Of a stretch of 64,000 nt of DNA, positions 10,068 through 18,287 are shown in pieces; within the stretch, counting starts at the first letter, position 1; each line of letters begins with the position of its first letter. The stretch covers positions 1,335,493 through 1,399,492 of the forward strand of contig CAWDXI010000002.1 of the NCBI GenBank assembly GCA_963806195.1, read 5' to 3'. A program made the translations under genes and the position numbers. Under the pieces are notes generated by a model, which saw only the letters and a list, made by a program, of their open reading frames with translations, did not search any database and was not told the origin of the DNA. The stretch is from an uncultured Acidobacteriaceae bacterium (GTDB taxonomy: Bacteria > Acidobacteriota > Terriglobia > Terriglobales > Acidobacteriaceae).

Positions 10068-10909
10068 TTCGACAACATGAACCACGAGTGGACAGTGAAG
10101 TTCATCGAGCATCGCGTGGCTGATCGCCGGATACTTCGCCTGATCCAGAAATGGTTGAAGGCAGGAGTTTCGGAAGATGGTCAGTGGTCGGAGACGATGG
10201 TCGGTACACCGCAAGGAGCAGTTGCTTCACCGCTGCTCGCCAACGTGTACCTGCACTACGTCTTCGATCTATGGGTCGAGGTCTGGCGCAAGAAAGTGGC
10301 GAAGGGCGATGTGATCGTCGTTCGCTACGCCGATGATCTTGTGCTTGGCTTTCAACATCGAACGGACGCTGAGCGATTCCTTCGGGAGTTTCGGGATCGA
10401 TTGGCCAAGTTCGGTTTGGAGTTACACGCGGACAAGACACGACTGATCGAATTCGGGCGGTTCGCCGCTCGAAACCGGAAGCAGCGTGGCGAGGGAAAAC
10501 CTGAGACCTTTACATTTCTGGGTTTCACTCACTTCTGTGGGCAGCGCATCAGCGACAAGGCTTTCATCGTCTGGCGGATTACGGCGAAGAAGCGAATGGT
10601 CGCGAAACTCAAAGCCATCAAGGCCGAGCTTCAATGCCAAAAGCATCATCGTACGACCGCGGTCGGTGCATGGCTTCGCCAGGTTGTGCTGGGCTACTAC
10701 CAATACCATGCCGTTCCAGGGAACTCGACTCAGTTGCGCATCTTTCAACGTCGCGTTTGCTGGTTGTGGCGGAGCGTCCTTGTCCGTCGCAGCCAACGCG
10801 CACAGGTGCGATGGGCTCGTCTCTCCCCAGTCTTGACCCGGTGGATTCCTCAACCCGCATTCTGCATCCCTACCCTGATGCACGCTTCGCCGCTACCCAT
10901 CCACGGTAA
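10068..10909 (+). pseudogene. Group II intron reverse transcriptase/maturase, C-terminal piece, with a 1-nt frameshift near 10854-10857
   Basis: FDNMNHEWTVKFIEHRV, GTPQGAVASPLLANVYLHYVFD, VRYADDLVLGF, FLGFTHF and YYQYHAVPGN. Frame 0 gives ...LTRWIPQP. The canonical tail RILHPYPDARFAATHPR* is in the -1 frame and ends at TAA 10907-10909, directly abutting domain V. Confidence 0.85.
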
Positions 10910-10981
10910 GAGCCGTATGCGTAAACGCGCTTGTACGGATCTGTGCGGGGGGCGACCAGCGATGGTCGTCCCTACCGCGAC
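10910..10981 (+). ncRNA. Group II intron domains V and VI (catalytic hairpin and branch-site hairpin)
   Basis: DV: GAGCCGTAT-GCG-TAAA-CGC-(GCTT)-GTACGGATC, containing the AGC triad. One G-A mismatch sits at the usual G-U position. DV also has a 4-nt (GCTT) 3'-strand bulge where the canonical bulge is about 2 nt. DVI: GCGG-GGGGCGACCA-GCGA-TGGTCGTCCC-(TA)-CCGC, then GAC. Confidence 0.7.
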
Positions 10982-11139
10982 AGTTGGACCACGGCAAGCA
11001 GGTCGGGCCATAAGTCGGCTTCTGTGAAGTCAAAATTCATGGGAATTTGGCAAAATTGTCCCAGGCGTGTTCACGCCTGTGCTCGCCAAACACTCAAAGT
11101 CGTTCTCGGTTATCGACTGCATCAGTCGGCGTGGATCGC

Positions 11140-11451
11140 ATGCAGAGAAATTTTGAGCCGATGCGACAGCAAGTAGAGCTTTGGCAAAAAGGCGAGCTCA
11201 CCGACGTGACCGCGAAGGTCGTCATCTACGAGGCCTTTGTCGAGGGCAAGCTCGATGCTCCAAAGCATCTTGCTCGCATCGTCCACGATCTCTACTTCAC
11301 GCCGACATACGATAATTTCCGGCCACGAACAATCTGGAGCCTCTCGAATGCGTTCACCTCTGCATTCAAGGAACTGGACCCGATTCCGCAGTTTAAGGCC
11401 ACTGCGAAGCTGGGCGGGTTCCCGAAGGCGCGGTTCTCCGGGTCGTTCTAG
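11140..11451 (+). CDS. Hypothetical protein
   Basis: The ATG at 11140 gives MQRNFEPMRQQVELWQKGELTDVTAKVVIYEAF...RTIWSLSNAFTSAFKELDPIPQFKATAKLGGF. The stop TAG (11449-11451) lies inside the IS1595 target duplication. I am not confident of any family. Confidence 0.45.
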   Translation: MQRNFEPMRQQVELWQKGELTDVTAKVVIYEAFVEGKLDAPKHLARIVHDLYFTPTYDNFRPRTIWSLSNAFTSAFKELDPIPQFKATAKLGGFPKARFSGSF

Positions 11452-11455
11452 CTAG

Positions 11456-12490
11456 CTTCTGATTATCCGGTTGGTTCAGCAACCCCCAATCGGTTGTGGT
11501 TGAGGTCTTTAGCTCCTCGAATCTGCTCATACTCGGTTGATTTGTGGCCGGTTCCGAGACCAAGAAGGGTCTGAAATGCGGCAGCCGGCGTCTTGCGGCG
11601 ATTGTGCCGAAAAACGAACTCGTCGAGGTATACCTGGAGTTGGGCCTTACTCACACCGTGGTAGGTGCCGATGAGCCACTGCTGGAGGTTGCCAATGGCT
11701 CGATCGGCAAGTGGAACGGCGGACTTCGCACCTTTTCGTAGCTCCGAGCGGAGCGGCTGGATGCGAGCGACATGTTTAAAGCCGGCCTCAACCAGACCTG
11801 CGAAACTCTTGAGGCCGTCGGTATAGATGGTGGAACCAGGTGCGACGTTCCGGGTGAGTACCGGGATTATCGTGCTGGCCTTGAAGTCGGGAATCACACT
11901 CATGCGAGCCCGACCGGACGCGTGACCACGCTTTTCCACCGCCACCAGAACGAGAGCCGCTCGTCGATCCTTGAGTTGCCGGCTCCCTTGCAGCCCGGCT
12001 TGCTCGCCGCCAACCCACGTGTCATCAACCTCTACCTCGCCGCGCAGGGGCTCCCGAGCCGCATTCACCATGGCCCGGCGGAGCTTGTGAAGCATCATCC
12101 ATGCGGTCTCGTAACTGGAAAGACCGAGTTGACGCTGGAGAAGCAGGGCGGACACGCCACGCTTGTCAGTGGTCATCAGATACGCCGCCCAGAACCAGTG
12201 GGTCAATGGAATCTTGGTCCGGTGAAGCACTGTCCCGGATGTCAACGAAACCTGGTGCCGGCATTTGGTGCATTGGTGACGCCCTTGGTTCACCAATTCA
12301 TACGCTCTTTCGTGCCCGCATCGCGGACAACTGAACCCATCCGGCCAACGGCACCCCGTCAAATACTGCTGGCAAGCATCCTCTGTGGCGAAGTCGGTCT
12401 GAAACTGACGAAGCGTCTTGGGGAACGGGGGTCGGGCCACCCCAATACACTACCCATTGGGGCTTGCTGAAGCAACCGGATAATCAGAAG
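11456..12490 (-). mobile_element. IS1595-family insertion sequence (1,035 bp) with 27-bp terminal inverted repeats and an 8-bp target duplication CTAGCTAG
   Basis: The left end is CTTCTGATTATCCGGTTGGTTCAGCAA (11456-11482). The reverse complement of 12464-12490 is CTTCTGATTATCCGGTTGCTTCAGCAA, a single mismatch. CTAGCTAG flanks both ends (11448-11455 and 12491-12498). Confidence 0.85.
11463..12440 (-). CDS. IS1595-family (ISXO2-like) DDE transposase with N-terminal zinc ribbon
   Basis: 325 aa: CQQYLTGCRWPDGFSCPRCGHERAYEL...HQCTKCRHQVSLTSGTVLHRTKIPLTHWFWAAYLM, VEVDDTWVGG, IYTDGLKSF and YLDEFVFRHNRR. Confidence 0.92.
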   Translation of the reverse strand: MARPPFPKTLRQFQTDFATEDACQQYLTGCRWPDGFSCPRCGHERAYELVNQGRHQCTKCRHQVSLTSGTVLHRTKIPLTHWFWAAYLMTTDKRGVSALLLQRQLGLSSYETAWMMLHKLRRAMVNAAREPLRGEVEVDDTWVGGEQAGLQGSRQLKDRRAALVLVAVEKRGHASGRARMSVIPDFKASTIIPVLTRNVAPGSTIYTDGLKSFAGLVEAGFKHVARIQPLRSELRKGAKSAVPLADRAIGNLQQWLIGTYHGVSKAQLQVYLDEFVFRHNRRKTPAAAFQTLLGLGTGHKSTEYEQIRGAKDLNHNRLGVAEPTG

Positions 12491-12748
12491 CTAGCTAGGA
12501 CGCCTAACTGCATTGTGTCGGTGCGGAATTCGGTCCTGTATACATCTGGGGCTTTGATATCGGCCAAGCTCGATATCGATGAACGCCCGCTGTGCGCAAC
12601 TTTTCATATGTCCTTAACACAAGCTCAACGTTACTTCCTTACCTTCACGAGATCGGTTGTGAGGCCTCGGACGGGATGATTACCTCGGTCGCACTCCGCC
12701 TCACGGAGGGATTCGTGAGGAACCTTTTAGAAGGAAAGGAATTCCGGT

Positions 12749-15700
12749 ATGAGATTGTTCAGGTTCGATGAGCTGAGCAAGCTGATTGTTCTCGCGTGGG
12801 CCATTCTGGTCCTTGCGAATTTTGCAAACGCGCAACGTAACGACGATGACGATGAGAAGTCGCCGACGCCGCCTGGTCTCTATATAACACCAACGGCCTT
12901 AGCTGACGCCGTCCAGCAGCCACTGAACCCCGGCCTCACCAATTATCCTAACTTCGTCGCGGGTGAGGCGGTAAAGGCGGTGGTAAGTCCGGATGGCAAT
13001 ACGCTGGCGATCCTCACAGCCGGGATGAACTCGCTGTATGACTCTACCGGTGTGGTCGACAGAGCGGCTTCAACACAGTTCCTCTTTCTGTACGACGTTG
13101 CAGGTGCGAATAAGAAGAGCCCTGTCCTGCAGCAAGTCATCCAGCAGCTCAATGCGCACGTTGGTCTGGTCTGGGTGCCAAACAGCCAGACGGTGTATGC
13201 ATCGGGCGGCTGTGACGATGCGGTGTACGCCTACAGCAACAACGGCACCAGTTTCGTGCTAAGCAGCAAGATCAGTCTTGGCCACGCCCCAAGTGGCTGT
13301 GTCTCCAATGCTGCCAATCGGACCGGCCTCGGTCTCGGCGTCGAGCCCAACGTAGCGGGGCTTGCCATTTCAGCCGACGGCAAAACGCTCGTCGCCGCCA
13401 ACAACTATAACGATTCGATTAGCGTAATTGACACTGCGACCGGAACAGTGCGCTACGAATACGATCTACGGCCCTATGCAACTTCAGGCGCCGCGAACGG
13501 CACCAAGGGCGGCACGTTCCCCTATTCCGTCGTGTTGAATGGCGCCACCGCCTATGTCGGCTCCGATCGAGATCGTGAAGTCGTCGTTGTCAACGTTGGC
13601 CAAACCGCCGCCTCATTAGTCGGCCGCATCCAAACGGATGGCAATCCAAACGGCATGACGCTGAGCGCAGGCGGTTCAACGCTTTACGTTGCGCAGGATA
13701 ATCAGGATCAGGTTGCAGTCATTGACACAGCAACCAACAAGATCACCCACAAGATCGACACACGTGGTCCGGTCCATCTCAATTTTCCCGAGAACACAAC
13801 GGGTGCTGCTCCGACGGCGGTCGCCGTTAATCGCGTCAACAAATTGCTTTATGCAGTTAACGCGGGTTCGAACTCTATCGCAGTGATACCGCTAAGTGGC
13901 CCACACGCTTTCCGCACGATTGGTCTTATCCCGACTGCATACGACCCGACTGATATCGCATTCAGCGCCGACGGTGGCTGGATGTATATCATCAACGGCA
14001 AGAGCGACACAGGTCCCAACCCCGGCTATGGGTACGGCAACTTCGCCTTTATCAAGTACATCACGCCGCCGGGCGGGCCCTTCCCGGGCGGCAATGCGGC
14101 AGAGTCTGCTAAGCTCAACGCGAACAATCAGTATCAATTTCAACTGGAACACGCAACGCTTGTCAGCGCTCAGGTTCCCGATAGCGACGACCTATGGGAT
14201 TTGACGTCACGAGTAGCGGCCAACAATGGATACCGAGTGGAACCCTCCGACTCGGATTCGGATGTAATGAAATTCCTCCATTCGAAAATCAAGCACATTA
14301 TTTACGTCGTGAAAGAAAACCGCACGTTCGATCAGATTCTCGGTGATCTAGGCAATGGTTCCAACGGCGATCCTTCGCTGGCTCTCTTCGGCGAACTCGT
14401 GACGCCCAGCTTCCATCGCATGGCGCGGAGCTTCGTGACCCTGGACAACTTCATGGACCCTGGCGACGGATCGATGGACGGCTGGTCCTGGTCGATGCGT
14501 GGCAGGGTGACGAATACGGAGACAATCACGCAGCAGATCAACTATGCGCGCGTGAACCGCGGCCTCTCGTACGACGGGGAAGGCCAGAACCGGAATATTC
14601 CAAGCAACCTGGATACCGTGGCCGGGCGCGACTTTTTCTTTGACCCAACCGGCGCCACTACGCCCTATAGCAACAACACTTCGTCGCTCAAGGGCGGCAC
14701 CGCCAACATTTTGGCTGGTGACGGTGACCATGCCGCCACCGACGGCCCGACAGGTTATCAGCAGGGGTACATCTTCAACGCGGTGTTGAACGCCGGCGGA
14801 ACTGTTCGCAACTACGGCTGGATGGCCAACACCCCGGGCAGTATCGGAACAATCGCAAACCCCATCTCCGATCCTTTCGCCGCAGGCATCGTCCAGACAA
14901 CGGCGGCCAATCAACTTATCTATCAGAACGGATTCTATGATCCGTACTTCCGCGCTTACGATCAGGCCTACCCCGATTTTTGGCGTTTCAACGAATGGAA
15001 CCGCGAGTTCCAGCAATTTGTTGCCAACGGCAATCTGCCGACGCTCGAGATGATCCGCGGCCTCAGCCACGATCACACGGGTAGCTTCAGTTCGGCGCTG
15101 GGTGGAGTCAATACGCCGGAATTACAACAGGCGGATAACGACTACGCTGTCGGCCTGCTGGCCCAAACCGTCGCTCACAGCCCTTACGCAAAGGACACGC
15201 TAATCATTGTCATCGAAGATGACTCTCAGGACGGAGCGGACCATGTGGATTCTCATCGCGCCACCACCTACTTCGTTGGCCCGTACGTGAAGAAGAATGC
15301 GGTGGTGAGCACCCGCTACAGTCAACCTAGCGTTCTCCGCACCATCGAGGACATCCTGGGCACCGAGCATCTGAACCTGAACACCTACTATGCGCGGCCC
15401 ATGGCGGACGTGTTCGATACCAAGTCCAAGTCCTCAGTCAAGTGGACTTTCAATGCCGTGGCATCGACGCTTCTCAAGGCGACCACGCTTGGACTGGATC
15501 CGACGAAGGTGCAGTTCGCCGCCGGTCCTGACTTAAAGCCAACTCATGACGCGAATTACTGGGCGGAGAAAACCCGCGGCTTCGACTTCTCCGAGGAAGA
15601 CCGGGTTCCGGCCGAACTCTACAACAAGATACTTTGGGAAGGTCTGAAAGGAACGGCTGCTCCCGTTACCCAAACCCACGAAGAGAAGAAAGGTAGTTAG
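12749..15700 (+). CDS. Secreted fusion protein: YVTN/YncE-type beta-propeller repeats plus a phosphoesterase (PlcN/AcpA family) domain
   Basis: 983 aa with a signal peptide. Repeated units include SPDGNTLAI, SADGKTLVAANNYNDSISVIDTATG, GSTLYVAQDNQDQVAVIDTATNK and LLYAVNAGSNSIAVI. The phosphoesterase signature follows: KIKHIIYVVKENRTFDQILGDLG...IIVIEDDSQDGADHVDSHR. Confidence 0.9.
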   Translation: MRLFRFDELSKLIVLAWAILVLANFANAQRNDDDDEKSPTPPGLYITPTALADAVQQPLNPGLTNYPNFVAGEAVKAVVSPDGNTLAILTAGMNSLYDSTGVVDRAASTQFLFLYDVAGANKKSPVLQQVIQQLNAHVGLVWVPNSQTVYASGGCDDAVYAYSNNGTSFVLSSKISLGHAPSGCVSNAANRTGLGLGVEPNVAGLAISADGKTLVAANNYNDSISVIDTATGTVRYEYDLRPYATSGAANGTKGGTFPYSVVLNGATAYVGSDRDREVVVVNVGQTAASLVGRIQTDGNPNGMTLSAGGSTLYVAQDNQDQVAVIDTATNKITHKIDTRGPVHLNFPENTTGAAPTAVAVNRVNKLLYAVNAGSNSIAVIPLSGPHAFRTIGLIPTAYDPTDIAFSADGGWMYIINGKSDTGPNPGYGYGNFAFIKYITPPGGPFPGGNAAESAKLNANNQYQFQLEHATLVSAQVPDSDDLWDLTSRVAANNGYRVEPSDSDSDVMKFLHSKIKHIIYVVKENRTFDQILGDLGNGSNGDPSLALFGELVTPSFHRMARSFVTLDNFMDPGDGSMDGWSWSMRGRVTNTETITQQINYARVNRGLSYDGEGQNRNIPSNLDTVAGRDFFFDPTGATTPYSNNTSSLKGGTANILAGDGDHAATDGPTGYQQGYIFNAVLNAGGTVRNYGWMANTPGSIGTIANPISDPFAAGIVQTTAANQLIYQNGFYDPYFRAYDQAYPDFWRFNEWNREFQQFVANGNLPTLEMIRGLSHDHTGSFSSALGGVNTPELQQADNDYAVGLLAQTVAHSPYAKDTLIIVIEDDSQDGADHVDSHRATTYFVGPYVKKNAVVSTRYSQPSVLRTIEDILGTEHLNLNTYYARPMADVFDTKSKSSVKWTFNAVASTLLKATTLGLDPTKVQFAAGPDLKPTHDANYWAEKTRGFDFSEEDRVPAELYNKILWEGLKGTAAPVTQTHEEKKGS

Positions 15701-15720
15701 GCTACATCGACTCTCAAATC

Positions 15721-15742
15721 GGTGGGACCCATGGGTCCCACC
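15721..15742 (+). terminator. Perfect 22-bp palindrome GGTGGGACCCATGGGTCCCACC downstream of the stop at 15700
   Basis: A 9-bp GC-rich stem 20 nt after the stop codon. There is no T-tract, so it may be a terminator or a protein-binding palindrome. Confidence 0.35.
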
Positions 15743-16107
15743 GATCGCATCAGGCTCAATGGAGGGTGGAATTCTGTTGGCTGAACTGGGCAAGCGTCGG
15801 GGCACGCACATTGTTTTTGTAATGCTTCCGACTTCAGGAGTCGATTCACGAGCTGTTTACACTCTCTTCACGCAGCAGCAACGTTGACCCCTTACTCTGT
15901 GACGCTGCGGCCGCGATTACTCATCTTCCCAGGTCAATTCCAACGATCCGTAACGTGCCTGCGCAGCAAGTCCGGATGTTAACTGGTGGAAATCTTAGTT
16001 GTTGTTGTCAGCTCATAGGATCATGTCGGCCCCGTCGGGGTGGCGATCCCCGCCGGGACTTGCGAAATGCTATTAAACCGACGTTCAACGCAAAGGATAG
16101 GTGACTT

Positions 16108-18090
16108 ATGCGATTCCAGACACTGCAGAAATTCTCCGCCGGGGTGCTCGTATTCTTGTTGTGCCAGCCGCCGTCTTTACTGTTAGCGGAAGACAAGCCC
16201 GGCCATCATCGAGCCCTCGTCAACAAATACTATATTTCGTCCGACCGTGAGCCCAAGATGTCGCACACCGCGCTGGTCGAGCATCTTCGGAAGAAGGTTA
16301 AGTACGTTTTCGTTTTGTACCAGGAGAACCGCTCGTACGATTCGTATTTCGGCACATTCCCGGGAGGTGAGGGACTGTTTGCTCACCCGGCGGCGCAAAC
16401 TCCGGGTTTCTCCCAGCAGTTGATCAACACTGATGGCAGCCTGACCACCATTCAACCCTTCCGCATCGGGCCGCAGGATCGGTGCCCGGCTTCTACCGTC
16501 AACGGCGTGATCACGCCCACGGCATGCTATGCGGCCGATACCGATGACATCGACCACTCGCACCCGCGCACCGTTGCGAAAATGGACATCCAGAGTAACA
16601 GTCCTCTGATGGATCAGTTTGCTGTCATCGAGGAAAGGAAGTACAGTCCGACCGGTAATCCGAGCCTGAAGGCAAAACAAATGGGCGAATTGGCCATGGC
16701 GTACGAGGACTGCGATACGATTCCTCTCCTGTGGGGATATGCTGACAAATTTGTACTTTTTGACCATATTTTTGAGACATTGACGGGTCCCTCAACCCCT
16801 GGAAATCTCGCGATCATCGGCGCTCAGGCTGGCCAAACTCAGTGGGTGCGTCACCCCGACCAAGGCTATACAGATAACGGAGCTTCCGCTCCCGGTGTGC
16901 CCGTTTTAAACGACAACGATCCTTTCTGGGGATCGCCATCCGACCCCACTCCACCCGCGGACAAGATAGCGGTGAATCCCACCGACTTCCCCGGGTATGG
17001 CACTCAGATCAACCTAACGTTCGCTACGATTCCGCTCACTCTTGCGGGCGGGAACTTACAAAAGGTGGTGAAGGCGGATACCAACGCTGCCGACTTGGAT
17101 GATGTCGAGGAGGATGTGGATTTCATCTCCTCGCTTAAAGCGGCGACCGTGCCGTTTGGTTGGTACGAGGAAGGCTACGACAAGGAACCCACCGATCCCG
17201 GTCCTGAGGATGCCAACGGGACACACGCGTCCTACATTACTCACCACAACGGGCCGCAGTATTTCGGCTACATTTCCAACAACCCGAAAATGCGCAGCCA
17301 GCTTCACGGGCTTGCGGACTTCTTTACCGCCGTGGAAACGAAGACGCTTCCAAAGGAGGGCGGCGTCTTTTTCGTCAAAGGTGGTTATCAGAACATCTTC
17401 AATTTGAAGCCGGTCGATCCGGACACGACCGTGCAAAAGAACTTCCTTGGGGACGATGATCATCCAGCTTATTCGGATGCTCAGATCAGCGAAGCCATGG
17501 TGGCGGAGGCCATTAACAAAATCGCTGCGAGTCCATATTGGTCACAAAGCGCGATTATCGTGACCTGGGACGACTCCGAGGGCGACTACGACCACCTTCA
17601 GCCCCCACTGCGCAATTACGGCCCGGATAACAGCTTAATCAGCAATGGCCCTCGAGTTCCGCTGCTGGTGATTTCACCTTACGCTCGCACCAATTACGTT
17701 GCGCAGGCGCAGGGAAGTCAATCCTCGGTAGTGAAATTCATCGACAAAGTGTTCAATCTGCCGGCGCTCGCGCTGCTGCCGGATGAATTGAGTGCACGCA
17801 AGCAGGGCGAGCTGGAATTCGGACAAAAAGATTTGGGACCAGAAGATGCGCTGACACCCGGCATCACCGATCTGGTCTCCGCTTTTAGTCCGTCTCGATT
17901 GATCGGGAAGACAGATCCGTTGCCGCCAGATTACGTCAAGGTTTCTGACGCGCTTATCCAAACTCTTCCTCAGGCGTGGGGTTTCGGCGGATGCCAATAT
18001 CTTGGAATCACGACCACCGATCGCCAGCAGGGGATCACAAATCCTATTCCCAGCGACTTCAATACTCGGCCGAAAACGAATCCGAATTAA
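16108..18090 (+). CDS. Secreted phosphoesterase family protein (phospholipase C / acid phosphatase type)
   Basis: 660 aa: KVKYVFVLYQENRSYDSYFGTFPGGEG, DIDHSHP, AIIVTWDDSEGDYDH and GPRVPLLVISPYAR. It is a paralogue of the C-terminal half of 12749-15700. Confidence 0.9.
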   Translation: MRFQTLQKFSAGVLVFLLCQPPSLLLAEDKPGHHRALVNKYYISSDREPKMSHTALVEHLRKKVKYVFVLYQENRSYDSYFGTFPGGEGLFAHPAAQTPGFSQQLINTDGSLTTIQPFRIGPQDRCPASTVNGVITPTACYAADTDDIDHSHPRTVAKMDIQSNSPLMDQFAVIEERKYSPTGNPSLKAKQMGELAMAYEDCDTIPLLWGYADKFVLFDHIFETLTGPSTPGNLAIIGAQAGQTQWVRHPDQGYTDNGASAPGVPVLNDNDPFWGSPSDPTPPADKIAVNPTDFPGYGTQINLTFATIPLTLAGGNLQKVVKADTNAADLDDVEEDVDFISSLKAATVPFGWYEEGYDKEPTDPGPEDANGTHASYITHHNGPQYFGYISNNPKMRSQLHGLADFFTAVETKTLPKEGGVFFVKGGYQNIFNLKPVDPDTTVQKNFLGDDDHPAYSDAQISEAMVAEAINKIAASPYWSQSAIIVTWDDSEGDYDHLQPPLRNYGPDNSLISNGPRVPLLVISPYARTNYVAQAQGSQSSVVKFIDKVFNLPALALLPDELSARKQGELEFGQKDLGPEDALTPGITDLVSAFSPSRLIGKTDPLPPDYVKVSDALIQTLPQAWGFGGCQYLGITTTDRQQGITNPIPSDFNTRPKTNPN

Positions 18091-18100
18091 GTTGCGATAG

Positions 18101-18129
18101 CTCGGGCTGGCATCTCGTGCCGGCCCGAG
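18101..18129 (+). terminator. GC-rich hairpin after the 18090 stop
   Basis: CTCGGGCTGGCA-tctcg-TGCCGGCCCGAG (one G-T pair). There is no T-tract. Confidence 0.35.
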
Positions 18130-18287
18130 CGCTTCCGCCTCAGACAAGGGAACAACGTCAAGTCAACAACCGGCAAGTCACAACTTGAAGATTGTGGCCA
18201 CGCGGTCAGAAAAACGCGCTTTCACTGGGCGGTATCTGCCTGGCTCCGCTCTTGCCGAGAGCTTTCCTTGGTTAAGACCCAATAGAG

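Larger units (their letters stand above)
6289..10981 (+). mobile_element. Bacterial group II intron, about 1.95 kb of intron sequence, interrupted by a 2,745-bp insertion; the ORF is also frameshifted
   Basis: A GTGCG 5' end lies at 6289. GNRA-capped hairpins lie upstream of the ORF, for example GACACC-GCGA-GGTGTC at 6413-6428. The RT/maturase ORF is in two pieces. Domain V (GAGCCGTAT...GTACGGATC) is at 10910-10941. Domain VI is at 10945-10978 with a GCGA loop and a bulged A at 10974, 7 nt before a ...GAC 3' end at 10981. The 5' boundary is less certain than the 3' boundary. Confidence 0.75.

Noticed and set aside
9911-10214. Minus-strand ORFs 9911-10105 and 9930-10214, which span the right junction of the recombinase element
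   Set aside because: They cross from element DNA into antisense RT sequence in frames without homology. The conserved accessory frame is the third one (9577-10067).
6603-11027. Reverse transcriptase ORFs as a possible retron, DGR or defence-associated RT
   Set aside because: The RT carries group II maturase blocks and the typical ...RILHPYPDARF..HPR* tail. It is followed immediately by domain V and domain VI hairpins and preceded by a structured 5' region starting GTGCG. It is therefore an intron-encoded protein and not a stand-alone defence RT.
12556-12577. Inverted repeat GATATCG-(8 nt)-CGATATC upstream of the first phosphoesterase gene, as a possible operator
   Set aside because: It has only 7-bp arms, lies about 170 nt from the start codon, and has no second copy upstream of the paralogous gene. 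I cannot distinguish it from chance.
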